A stretch of 64,000 bases of DNA, taken from positions 32,001-96,000 of the forward strand of contig CAWBHS010000039.1 of assembly GCA_963788655.1 (NCBI GenBank), given 5' to 3'. The notes beneath the pieces were generated by a model. The model had not been told where the DNA came from and ran no database searches. It saw only the letters and a list, made by a program, of their open reading frames with translations. The translations under genes and the position numbers were made by a program. Origin of the DNA: an uncultured Verrucomicrobiae bacterium (GTDB lineage Bacteria > Verrucomicrobiota > Verrucomicrobiia > Limisphaerales > JAFGQR01). Positions 42,264-52,466 of the stretch are shown here, in pieces; positions within the stretch are counted from its first letter, which is position 1, and every line of letters begins with the position of its first letter.

Positions 42264-43276
42264 GTTGGCTGATGGTTGTAAGCATAATCCTTGAGCGCGG
42301 TAACGTTGTCGGGCGGAGTGCCGCGCGGGATTTCGCAGCCAGCACCGACAATGTACCGCGGCCCCGCCTGGCGATGGCATTCGGCAATCGCTTGGCTGAC
42401 GGTTTCCGGAGTGCCGTCGCGTATGATGGTGACGGGATTAATGTTGCCCAGGATGATTTGATCCGAGCCCATTTTGGCGCGGCCTTCGTGGACTGGCGCC
42501 AAATAGTCCAAGTCCACAATCTCGCAATTCAGCTTGCCCATGCCTTCAAGGATCTTGCGGGTGTTGCCGCAGATGTGCAGCCGCACGCGCGTGCCCATCG
42601 CGTGCAGGCCATCGACCAGCTTCTTTTCGTAAGGCCACACGAATTCCTCGTAGAGTTGCGGGCCGATCAGTGAGGCGGCGGCGTCGCCCACGCCCATAAC
42701 GTCGATGCCCGCTTCGACTTGGGCGCGTGCGAAACGCAATTCCATTTCGACGGCGAACTCGAACAGGTCCCGCACAAAGGCCGGATCATCGAAAAAATCC
42801 AGCATCACCGTGTTGATGCCGCGCAGATCGGCGGCTTCGGCAATGGGCCCTTCAATCCAGCCTTCCACGATTTTCTCCTGTCCAACCTTCTCGCGCAGCA
42901 GCGCAATGGCCTTGACGCCGTTGTGCATGCGTCCACCGCCAAGCGGATCAGGGATTTTGAGGTGGGCCAATTTCGTTTTGTCCGCCAACAGGGCCTGGTC
43001 TTCGAGCAGCGCCGCCGGTTGGTTGTCGAAGAATTGAACCTTGGCGCCGCAGTCAGCCGCTTCCCGCGCCGGATCGGACATGGTGTTGACGTAATCGAAT
43101 CCGAAGTCTTCGGCGACGCGTAATTGACCGTTGGCCAACACGCGATAATTGGTGCAATAATCCCGGTAACGGGCGCCGATCCGGTCGGCGGCAAACATCA
43201 TCGTGATCGGCATCAACGGCAGGTGGTCCACCGCCTGGGCTGACAGGTGGGCCAGCACCCGCTCGCGACTGGTCAC
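42260..43276 (-). CDS. Uroporphyrinogen decarboxylase / MtaA-CmuA methyltransferase family protein
   Basis: GGAGGAGG RBS and GTG start; GPIAEAADLRG, GDAAAS, RLHICGN, GNINP, GAGCEIP. Confidence 0.88.
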   Translation of the reverse strand: MTSRERVLAHLSAQAVDHLPLMPITMMFAADRIGARYRDYCTNYRVLANGQLRVAEDFGFDYVNTMSDPAREAADCGAKVQFFDNQPAALLEDQALLADKTKLAHLKIPDPLGGGRMHNGVKAIALLREKVGQEKIVEGWIEGPIAEAADLRGINTVMLDFFDDPAFVRDLFEFAVEMELRFARAQVEAGIDVMGVGDAAASLIGPQLYEEFVWPYEKKLVDGLHAMGTRVRLHICGNTRKILEGMGKLNCEIVDLDYLAPVHEGRAKMGSDQIILGNINPVTIIRDGTPETVSQAIAECHRQAGPRYIVGAGCEIPRGTPPDNVTALKDYAYNHQPT

Positions 43277-44025
43277 GGTTTGACCTCCTCCACGGTCAAT
43301 CGGCTTTCGCCGCGCTGGGACGTGATCGTGAAGCCCGGCGGCACCACCAGGAACTCGTCGTGGCTCCAGTAGCCGTCCAGCAGCCGCTGGATTAAACCCA
43401 GGTTGCAGTTGGCCTTTTCGAAGTCCCATCCAAACCACCCGGCTTCCTGCTCCGCTTGCGCGACCAATACTTCCGGATTGTCCAAGGGCGAATCACCCAG
43501 GCCGGTCGAGGAATTCGATGCCACACCGCTGGAAAGCATGGCCGGGAGTTCGAGTCCGGCCAAAGTTCGCCGGCGTCGTTGCTTGTGAGACGATCTTCCA
43601 GGTTGAGAGTGGGACGAGTGGTGGCCACGGCAGCCAGGGCGAAACCGCACACGATGTGCGTCCGCCGAGGCAGCTTTGAGAGCCCAAGCAGTTGGAGAAT
43701 GATGGATGGGAGAGGGGAAGTAAGGTTGGTCGAGTTCCGACAGTAATTTGGCCCAGTGATCGATTCGCGGCAACACCAGCGGGATGGTTTCCGCGCGCAG
43801 GCCAATCACACTATTTCGCGAGTGGGCGCAGGCGAAGACCACCGCCTGGTAATCTGATTCATCCACCAGGTCGAGCGCGGTCTGGAGGGCTTGGTGGGCA
43901 CGCTGGCATCCTTTTCGGTGGAGCGACGCCGGGAGAAACTCGGCGTCCACTTCGTTGATCGACCGCGTAATGGCCGCGGCCATTACGCGGAACAACACTT
44001 CGCAACTGATCAGCTTTAAACGCAT
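43273..44025 (-). CDS. DUF1638-like protein
   Basis: MRLKLISCEVLFR, FLPASLH, IPLVLPR, LIQRLLDGYW..EFLVVPPG. The central part looks aberrant. Confidence 0.7.
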   Translation of the reverse strand: MRLKLISCEVLFRVMAAAITRSINEVDAEFLPASLHRKGCQRAHQALQTALDLVDESDYQAVVFACAHSRNSVIGLRAETIPLVLPRIDHWAKLLSELDQPYFPSPIHHSPTAWALKAASADAHRVRFRPGCRGHHSSHSQPGRSSHKQRRRRTLAGLELPAMLSSGVASNSSTGLGDSPLDNPEVLVAQAEQEAGWFGWDFEKANCNLGLIQRLLDGYWSHDEFLVVPPGFTITSQRGESRLTVEEVKP

Positions 44026-44126
44026 AGATGCCTGGTTGCTGTAGCGGCAGTGCGTGTAATTATGCCTTTTTCAAAAGCCAAGACCAGATTTTTTTTAGCA
44101 ACGCTGTTGGACCGACAGGCCCAGGC

Positions 44127-44232
44127 AAATCCGAAGACCGAAGGCCGAAATCCGAAAGAAAACCGAAAACCGAGGACCGATTGCGGAAAGGTGCTTCCGT
44201 TTCGGTTCGAAATTCTTCGGATTTCGGATTTC
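44127..44232. repeat. Inverted heptamer-repeat element (AAATCCG / CGGATTT)
   Basis: A run of xxxCCGA 7-mers followed by inverted TCGGxxx 7-mers. Confidence 0.6.
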
Positions 44233-44282
44233 AGGTTGGGGGGCCGGTTGACGAAATGCCGTGCATGATTTTCAATCTTCGC

Positions 44283-45017
44283 ATGGATACAGCCCTGCCA
44301 GCGGCGAACCAGTTTGTGCCCACGCGCTGGAGCGTGGTGTTGACCGCCGGGCACAGCGACACCCCGCGCGCCCAAGCGGCGTTGGCGACGCTGTGCCAGA
44401 CTTACTGGTATCCGCTTTATGCGTTCGTTCGCCGACAGGGACACAATCCCCACGATGCGCAAGACCTGACCCAGGAATTCTTCGCGCGGTTGTTGGAGAA
44501 ACAGTATCTCGCGCACATCAAACGCGAAGGCGGACGTTTCCGGTCGTTCCTGCTCACGGCGCTGATACGTTTCCTCGCCAATGAATGGGACCGCCACCAG
44601 GCGCAAAAACGCGGTGGCCAGCAAACGGTCATCTCGATCGATCAGGAAGACGCGGAGTCGCGCTATCGCCTCGAGCCAGCGCACGAATTGACGGCCGAGA
44701 AAATCTATGAGCAACGATGGGCGCAAGCGTTGTTGGATCAAGTGATGACGTGCCTGCGCGATGAATACGTCGCGGCGGGCAAACAGGCGTTGTTCGAGCA
44801 AATCAGCAACAGTTTAAGTCAAGCGCGCGGCGCGGTGCGTTACGTGGACATTGCCGCTCGATTGCACACCAGTGAAGCCGCCGTGAAGATGGCGGTGCAA
44901 CGTTTGCGCGGGCGTTATCGCGAACTGTTGCGCGCCGAAATTGCCCAAACGGTGGCCAGTCCACAGGAAGTCGAAGAAGAACTTCGGTATCTCTTCGCCA
45001 CGTTCGCCGCTTCTTAG
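44283..45017 (+). CDS. ECF sigma-70 factor (kinase-associated type)
   Basis: FVPTRWSVV, LCQTYWYPLYAFVRR, DAQDLTQEFF, GRFRSFL, AVKMAVQRLR. TTGACG-17-TTCAAT ends 6 nt before the ATG. Confidence 0.92.
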   Translation: MDTALPAANQFVPTRWSVVLTAGHSDTPRAQAALATLCQTYWYPLYAFVRRQGHNPHDAQDLTQEFFARLLEKQYLAHIKREGGRFRSFLLTALIRFLANEWDRHQAQKRGGQQTVISIDQEDAESRYRLEPAHELTAEKIYEQRWAQALLDQVMTCLRDEYVAAGKQALFEQISNSLSQARGAVRYVDIAARLHTSEAAVKMAVQRLRGRYRELLRAEIAQTVASPQEVEEELRYLFATFAAS

Positions 45018-45569
45018 CACCGCTGTTGCGGCTCTTCTGAATGACCTGGCGCCACTCCGCCGTATCCATGCAATTGATTGCGGGAAGCGCGCCCGCCTCG
45101 GGCGCCGTGGTTGGCGCCTCGCCAACCACTTTCGAGCATCCCAAGTGGCTCACTATTCAGGCACTGCTCAGTCGCGGGGCCAACCGGCGAGGGCACCGGT
45201 TGGTGGCGCTGGGTGGTGGCGCTGGGTGGCGAGGCGAACAACAAATGTCTGCGAATTTCTTTGCTGCGTATTTGATTAATTGCCTTTGAAGCGTGGGCAA
45301 AGGATCGAGTGCTCTTTTCCAACCGAAAGCGCCGGCAAGCCGGACGCACTCCAAACGCGGGCGCGACTTTGCGGCTGGCCTTCCCAAGTTTCGCGCCCGC
45401 GTTTGGAGTGCGTGGAGCTTGCTCCCGCTTTCGGTGAGCGGCAAGCCGTTTGACTGACCGTAAGAGCCGGTTCGCCATTTCTTCTGACTTCCAGAAGTCT
45501 TTTCGTTACCTTGGTCCGGTTTTGCTTAGGGAAGCAGTGGACGCAGACAATCTGCGAGCCTGAAAAACT

Positions 45570-47614
45570 ATGAGCACAACGCGCAAATGTCCCAAGTGCG
45601 GCACGGAGCTGCCTCCCAATGTGCCGCCCGAACAGTGCCCAAAATGCCTGTTGCAGGTTGGCCTCGGCAGCCAACCCGGCGGCTCCGGTGGCACGGCGCC
45701 TGCAACGCCGCCCAATCCTCCTCCGTCGCCGGAAGAATTGGCGAAGCATTTCCCGCAATTGGAAATTTTGGAACTGCTGGGCCAGGGCGGCATGGGCGTG
45801 GTTTATAAGGCTCGTCAGCCGCGGCTGGATCGCTTGGTGGCCTTGAAAATCCTGCCCGCCGATCCGGCGCGCGATCCGTCGTTTGCCGAACGGTTCACGC
45901 GCGAAGCCCGCGCGTTGGCGCGTTTGAGCCATCCGAACATTGTGGCGGTGTTCGACTTTGGGGAAACCAACGGAATTTATTATTTCGTGATGGAGTATGT
46001 GGACGGTTTGAACCTGCGCCAACTCGAGGCCAGTGGCGGGCTCAAACCGAACGAAGCGTTAAAGATCGTTCCCGAGGTCTGCGCGGCACTCCAGTACGCC
46101 CACGACATGGGGATCGTCCATCGCGACATCAAGCCGGAAAACATCCTGCTCGACCAGCAGGGCCGCGTGAAGATCGCCGACTTCGGCCTGGCCAAACTGC
46201 TGGGCCGGCCGGCGCCGGAGGCGAGTCTCACCCAGGCGCAGCAAATCATGGGCACGCCCAATTACATGGCACCGGAACAGATGGAGCATCCGCTGGAGGT
46301 GGACCATCGGGCGGACATTTATTCGCTGGGGGTGGTCTTTTACGAAATGCTCACCGGCGAGTTGCCGTTGGGACGGTTTGCGCCGCCTTCGCAGAAAGTG
46401 CAGGTGGATGTGCGCCTCGACCAGGTGGTGTTGCGCGCGTTGGAAAAGGAACGCGAACGCCGCTATCAGCAGGCCAGCGATGTGCGGACCGACGTGGAAA
46501 CCATCGTGGCCAGTCCGAAGGCATTCCCGCCGCGCGTCGCGGTCCCCACGGCGGCTTCGGCGTGGGAAACAGCCCGTCGGGCGGTGAGGGGACCCGCCAT
46601 CGGAATTTTGGTCACCGGCATTTTGAATTGGGCGTTCATTCCCGTTTACCTTTTGGTTGGCTATTGGATATTGGCCCGGGAGAATTCTGCGCTAGGTCCC
46701 GGGCTGTTCGCCGGTGTCCTGCTGGCGGTCATGGTGTTCAGCAGTCTCATGATTGTCGCCGCGCTTAAAATGAAAGCGCTCGAGGCCTACGGCCTGGCGA
46801 TTGCCGGCAGTATTCTGGCGATGATTGTTTCCCCCGGCAATCTTGTAGGATTGCCCATGGGTATATGGGCGCTGGTTACGCTTTGCCAACGGCCGGTCCG
46901 GGAAGCGTTCAAGCAGAAACTCGCCGTCCATGCACGATTTTCTCGTCGCTCCGCCACCCAACCCGGCAGCAGGAGACGGTCGTCGGCGATGGTTCTTCAC
47001 GACGGCCACGGTTATCCTGATCGGTTTTGGGCTGATCGTGCTGTTGGTGATTGGGGGCTTCGTTGTTGCGATCGCGTTGACGGGGCTGCAGCAGGCGAAA
47101 CAACGCACCCGCGTGGCCACCCAGATGGCCGCGACCGAGGGCGCCCGACAAGTCGCCCAGTCGAACGCTGTCTGGATCGCACACCGTCAAACCTCGCTCA
47201 CCACCATCGCGTCCTTCGACCCGACCAATGCCACCGTCCCGCGGAATTTGACGGTGACGAATGGGAACTGGGTCCTGGACTGCACCAATGCGCAGACTTT
47301 TAAGCTGTTTGAGGTGCCCAATCCCGGTGTCGAGCAATGCACGTTGATCTACCAGGCCCAGCTCAAAACCGAAGGGCTCCAAGGCCGCGCTTATCTGGAA
47401 ATGTTGTGCCAGTTCTCAGGGAAAGGGGGAGTTCTTTTCGCGCGGATTGACCAAGACGGTTACCGGCACGGCGGACTGGCAGACTTATCAGACGCCATTC
47501 GTCCTGAAACAGGGGCAACAACCGGATTCGGTGAAGCTCAATCTCGTCGTCGAAGGCACAGGACGGATTTGGCTGCGCGATGTGCGGTTGCTCAAGGGAC
47601 CGCTTGAGTGGTAG
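45570..47614 (+). CDS. Membrane Ser/Thr protein kinase (frameshifted C-terminal part)
   Basis: CPKC/CPKC zinc ribbon, LGQGGMGVVY, VALK, HRDIKPEN, DFG, GTPNYMAPE, TM helices; the extracellular domain ends ...LLKGPLEW*. Confidence 0.9.
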
Positions 47615-47624
47615 CATCCTGTTG

Positions 47625-49220
47625 GTGACGAAAAGCAAGAAATGGTGGTTGCTGGCTGTCTGTTTCTTCGGGGCAGTGGTGTTCGGAGTAGCCGGGTGGC
47701 GGCTGGTACGCTGGCGGTGGCAGGCCAGCTATGCCGGGAAGCCGGTCAGTTATTGGTTCGCGGAATATTACCAAAAGAGCGAGGCTGACCCACGAAGGCG
47801 TCAGCGCATGGCAGTGGCTTTGTATGTCTTGGAGAAACTGGGGACCAATGCGGTGCCGTATTTGGTAAAGGAGGCGTTAAGCCCCCGCGAGGACTCATCC
47901 ATGCGGAAAGGGTATTACGATTTTCTGACAGTCTTCCCCGACTCCTGGCACGTGCCGCAATTTGTGTCGCGATCAGCAATTCGCAGTCGGGCGGCCATGG
48001 TGATCGACTCCATCCATCCTCCGGCAGACATCCTGTTGCCCCGTCTCCTCGAACCGTTGAGCCGGACGAATACGGTGGACCGCCAAAGGGCTATTTCCAT
48101 TTTGAGTTCCGTGCGTGAAGGCCGGGAAACACTCGTGCCGTATTTTGTGAATGCTTTGCACGATCCGGATCCACACACGCAGATCGAAGCGGTTGAGTTC
48201 CTCGACAAACTCGGATCCCAGGCCTCGGTCGCAGTTCCGGACCTGATGGCGGTGGTCAAGAACACGAATCCCACCAACATCCTTTGTCTGGAAGCAGCAT
48301 ACGTGCTGGGCAACATTGGCAGCAACAGTGTCCCAGCGATTCCGTTGTTGAATACGGTGTATGAGCAACAGACCGATTGGTTAGTGCGCTGTTCGTTGGC
48401 GGCTGTCCTGTGTCGAATCGATCTGCAGCAAACGAATGCGCTACGTTTCCTGATTGATAACCTCGATGAACCACAATCGCCTGGCAAAGTCAGGTGGGTG
48501 GTGAGGCAGTTGCAGTGGATTGGACCGAACGCAACGCCAGCGATCCCTGCCGTACTCAAAATTGCAAAAACCGTTGACTGGGAGGCTTGGACAACTGCGG
48601 TGGATGCGTTGAAAGAGATCGGCGCCTCCGCCGAACTCTATTTGCCAGTGCTGCACGAGAAGTTGGCATCGGACAACGAGAAGTCGCGATACATTGCCGC
48701 CGCGCGAATCCTGGATCTTACCCCATCCGACACGAACGCCCGAGCAGTCATGATTGATCTAATCAAGAGGCGCTCTGAATATGAATCGTGGGCGATCAGC
48801 GATCTGGGTGACACGGGCACGAATGCCCGGGTTGCCGTCGCGATTATTATGGACACCTTAAACGGCACCAATGTCGCCTGCTGGACTGCCGTTCCCAAGG
48901 CGTTGAAAAAGATCGGCGTTTCTCCAGGATCGTATTTGCCCAAGGTGAAGGAAAAGTTGAAATCCAGCAGCGATTGGGCGCGATTAAGGATGGCCGAAGA
49001 AATCCTCGCGATTCAACCGACGGATCGTGAAGCGTTGATGACGTTGATCGCCCTCCTGAAAAGCAACTCGAAGTACGAGTTGCTCGCATTGAAGGCTCTG
49101 GCCGAGAACGGACCGGCCGCCCAAGTGGCCATTCCCGCCATCCGGGAATTGTTGAAAAGTGACGACTTGATTAGTCGCGACATGGCAAGCGACGCCCTGA
49201 AGAAGATCAGTCAAAGGTGA
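47625..49220 (+). CDS. Membrane-anchored HEAT-repeat protein
   Basis: N-terminal TM helix; repeated LG..A..A[VI]P.L helical motifs. Confidence 0.8.
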   Translation: MTKSKKWWLLAVCFFGAVVFGVAGWRLVRWRWQASYAGKPVSYWFAEYYQKSEADPRRRQRMAVALYVLEKLGTNAVPYLVKEALSPREDSSMRKGYYDFLTVFPDSWHVPQFVSRSAIRSRAAMVIDSIHPPADILLPRLLEPLSRTNTVDRQRAISILSSVREGRETLVPYFVNALHDPDPHTQIEAVEFLDKLGSQASVAVPDLMAVVKNTNPTNILCLEAAYVLGNIGSNSVPAIPLLNTVYEQQTDWLVRCSLAAVLCRIDLQQTNALRFLIDNLDEPQSPGKVRWVVRQLQWIGPNATPAIPAVLKIAKTVDWEAWTTAVDALKEIGASAELYLPVLHEKLASDNEKSRYIAAARILDLTPSDTNARAVMIDLIKRRSEYESWAISDLGDTGTNARVAVAIIMDTLNGTNVACWTAVPKALKKIGVSPGSYLPKVKEKLKSSSDWARLRMAEEILAIQPTDREALMTLIALLKSNSKYELLALKALAENGPAAQVAIPAIRELLKSDDLISRDMASDALKKISQR

Positions 49221-49303
49221 ATGGGACAATTTTACTGGTTTTATCAGAACTGTAACTCTTCCTCGCCCGGATTTTTCACACCGAGCTTAAAACGCCAACG
49301 GCT

Positions 49304-49380
49304 TGTAACCGCCGACGTGAGGAGGCAGACCTTGTGGCCACAGGCGCTGGCAAATCCGCCTCCTCACGTCGGCGGCTACT
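49304..49380. repeat. REP-like pair GTAACCGCCGACGTGAGGAGGC / GCCTCCTCACGTCGGCGGCTAC
   Basis: Inverted arms directly visible. Confidence 0.75.
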
Positions 49381-49544
49381 CTTTCCCAATCCGTGGTTGT
49401 CCGCGCTGGTTGTCCGGCCAGCCGACCAGCCGAATGGCCTCAACCTTTCGAGTTGCGCGAAGGGCCCGAAACGGCTAACCTTCCGCATTAGAAATCGAAT
49501 CTGAACCGTTAAGTGTTTAAAATCCAAATCTCGGGAGCAATATT

Positions 49545-50462
49545 ATGATGCACAAACATAGTCGTCGTGAATTTCTGCTGCGGACTTCTTTGGCCGGTGC
49601 CGGTCTCATGACCGCCGCGCCGGCCCTGCTGCGGGGTGCCGAAACCGCCACCACCGGATCCTTCAAAGGCAGTGACATGGTGCCGCTGGGCAAGACCGGG
49701 ATCAAAGTGTCGCGGTTGGCCCAGGGTACCGGTTACAACGGATACAACCATTCCTCGGCCCAGACCCGCCAGGGCACGGAAGCCTTTGACCGATTGTTGC
49801 GGCACAGCTTCGATGGCGGCGTCAATTTCATCGACATGGCCGACCTCTATGGCTCACTTCCTTTGGTGGGCGATCTGCTCCAGGACCGGGACCGCGACAA
49901 GTTTGTGTTGCTAAGCAAAATCTGGCCGCGCAAAGCGAATTGGGTTAATCCGTCCGGCGGTGCCAAGGAAGAGATGGACCGGTTCCGGAAAGAACTGAAG
50001 ACGGACTGGCTGGATATTTGTTTGATCCACTGCATGACCAATGACCAGTGGACGGACGAATACAAGCGCATCCGCGACGAGCTTTCCGAACTCAAACAAA
50101 AGAAAACCGTTCGTGCCGTCGGCGTTTCCTGCCACGACTTCGGGGCGCTGAAAGTCGCTGCCGAACATCCGTGGGTGGACGTCATCTTCGCCCGGATCAA
50201 TTACAAGGGCGGCAAGGACTATTCCTGCGATGCCCCGGTGGAGGAGTTGGCCGCCGTGCTCAAGACCGCCCGCCGGAATGGCAAGGCCGTGGTGGGCATG
50301 AAGATCTTCGGCGCCGGCAAGCTTACCCAACCGGAACAGAAAGACACGTCGCTCAACTACGTCTTCAAGAACGACCTGGTGGACGCCATCACGGTGGGCA
50401 TGATGAATATCGGGGAGGTGGACGATACCCTCAAGCGCATGAGCCAGGTGGGCAAAGGCTGA
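49545..50462 (+). CDS. Aldo/keto reductase with Tat signal
   Basis: SRREFL twin-arginine motif; LGKTGIKVSRL, FIDMADLYG, DICLIH, AVGVS. Confidence 0.9.
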   Translation: MMHKHSRREFLLRTSLAGAGLMTAAPALLRGAETATTGSFKGSDMVPLGKTGIKVSRLAQGTGYNGYNHSSAQTRQGTEAFDRLLRHSFDGGVNFIDMADLYGSLPLVGDLLQDRDRDKFVLLSKIWPRKANWVNPSGGAKEEMDRFRKELKTDWLDICLIHCMTNDQWTDEYKRIRDELSELKQKKTVRAVGVSCHDFGALKVAAEHPWVDVIFARINYKGGKDYSCDAPVEELAAVLKTARRNGKAVVGMKIFGAGKLTQPEQKDTSLNYVFKNDLVDAITVGMMNIGEVDDTLKRMSQVGKG

Positions 50463-50487
50463 GCGTACCAACCGGGTTTGCAATAAC

Positions 50488-50629
50488 TGTAGCTGCGTTC
50501 GTGAGAACGTGGCTGATTTTGAAGGGAAATACCGCGCCAACGTCAGGGCCCCGCGCTTCGCCGCAAATTGACCAGTTGCTTCGGCTTAAAGCGGACGCCA
50601 GTCAGCCGCGTTCTCACGAACGCAGCTAC
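50488..50629. repeat. REP-like pair GTAGCTGCGTTCGTGAGAACG / CGTTCTCACGAACGCAGCTAC
   Basis: Perfect 21-bp inverted arms between convergent genes. Confidence 0.8.
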
Positions 50630-50656
50630 TTCGACTAAATCGTTGCGGCTAATCCG

Positions 50657-51959
50657 CTATTTCGGCAAGGCGTTGGTAATCGTTTGGAGGCTTACGCCGA
50701 GGGTGGCTTCGGCGATGGCGTTCAGCTTCTCCTCGGGCCCGGTTAAATGGATCGTGCGATGGGTGTGTTCGATGGATTTGCCGGGCTCAAGCGCGGCGGC
50801 GCGGCGAAGACGTTTCCATTTCAAAAAACGGTCCCAGCGGTTTGGCACCCGGCGCCGGCGGTCCGTCATTGTAACTGTTGACCACGTCACCACCGTACGG
50901 ATTCTTCTGGAGTTCCCACATTGAATTGACGTAATCGGTCGTGCCTTTGGGCGGCGTGTATTGGACCAGGGTGAGCACTTTGTGCTCCGCGTCGTAGCTG
51001 CCCAGGATCGGCTTGGCGCGCTTGGGATTGATGCCGATCTTGCTGCGGTATTTGCCGTCCCCACTGAAGAACACGACGCTATCCTTCACCACGAGCCGGT
51101 TTGGCGGCACGGCGCCGAAGTAATCCGCGTTGACCGGCTTGCCGAGTTCGGAATCCGGACCTGGCTTGATGGGGATCACGATGGTCGTGGCCGGCGACGG
51201 ATTGAACATGCCGAGAATCCAGATCGAGAGCAGTCCGGTTTCTTTGGTCCAAGGATCCTGGCCTTTATTGAGAATGTGGTTGTCGCTTTGAAAGGCCACC
51301 AGTTCCACCCCGGAAACTGCGGGAACGTTCAGCAGTTTCCACGTCTGCGTGGGCGTGAGCAATTTGATGTCGCGGTCGGCTTGCACGTGAAACACGGTGC
51401 CCGAGTAGTTGGTCAAGGCAAACGAGCTGCGGAAGCTGGCCCGCGTGTCACCGCGGCTGGCGACGGTGAAGGGCTCGGTGTCGATTGGCGCCGGCGTGAA
51501 CCAGTGTTCGAGATCGAAGGGCACTCCCTTGGCAAAGAAGATCGCGAATTGGCCGCCTTCCGGCCCCAGCCAAAAGCGGTCCTCGCCACCAAACACGTTG
51601 ATGTGTTGCTGGAATTTGCGGGAGGCAATCAGCTCGCGATTGAGCCACCCGTAGCTCAATCCCTCGTTGCCGGTGGCCGTGCTGGTCATCACCCGGCCTT
51701 GCCATGCGGGCACCAGGATCACCTGCGAACTGCCGGATTGATTCGAGAGCACGATCACGTCCACGTATTTCTTCAGGAATTCGAGATCGTCGTTGAAGGT
51801 GGCGGCCGGGAGATGCGGCGCGGCCAGAACCCCGCCCACCACGGCCAAGGCGGCCATGCTGGACTGGCTGAATTTTAAAGCTTGCTTCAGACGGCCCGAA
51901 CTCGCCGGGTGGGAAGTTTTCTTTGGGGGACGATTGGAGGAATTGGCTCGTGATTTCAT
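50657..51959 (-). CDS. DUF6786-like secreted protein (frameshift near C-terminus)
   Basis: QGRVMTST, GGEDRFWLGPEGGQF, LSIWILGMF, YVNSMWE, NSYNDGP...FFEMETSSP; continues as AAALEPGKSIEHTHRTIH...LPK*. Confidence 0.75.
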
Positions 51960-52198
51960 AAAAGGACAATTTCAGTTCATTGATTCAGCTCTGCGCGATC
52001 GTGTCCGACAAGTGGCGCCCAAGCTCAAGGCGGCCCTGCGGAAACGTGACCGGAGCTTGCCCGCGTGCGCGCCGGCTGGCAATGCAAAAGCTTGAGCAAG
52101 ACTCGAGGCCTCAGGGTTGCCGAGTTCGGTGGAACATGGGGGTAAGCCGGTTGGGATTCCCCCTCACCCGCCCAAGAGCATGATTGCTGATCCAGTTT

Positions 52199-52429
52199 TC
52201 ATGGGGTTGGGGGAACGTTTATGCCAACAACGGTGAACCCGCCGCTGATGTGAAGATTGCCCGAAGCATCCATCACCGTCGCGGAAACTGAGTCGTTCAC
52301 ACCGGGATGCCCACCCATGCTGGTCCAGTCGTGGTCGCTGAAGGTCGCAGCGTGGAGGTTGGTGTTGGAAGCGCCGATCAGAAGGGCGGCGATGACAATC
52401 GTCGCGATTTTGGAGAAACACGTTTTCAT
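52199..52429 (-). pseudogene. Truncated paralog fragment (signal peptide plus first propeller repeat)
   Basis: AATFSDHDWTSMG...VMDASGNLHISGGFTVVG matches the N-terminus of the 56303 gene; stops after 76 aa. Confidence 0.6.
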
Positions 52430-52466
52430 GGATGAGGCTCCGTCAAGTTGCATCAAGTGGGGAAGA

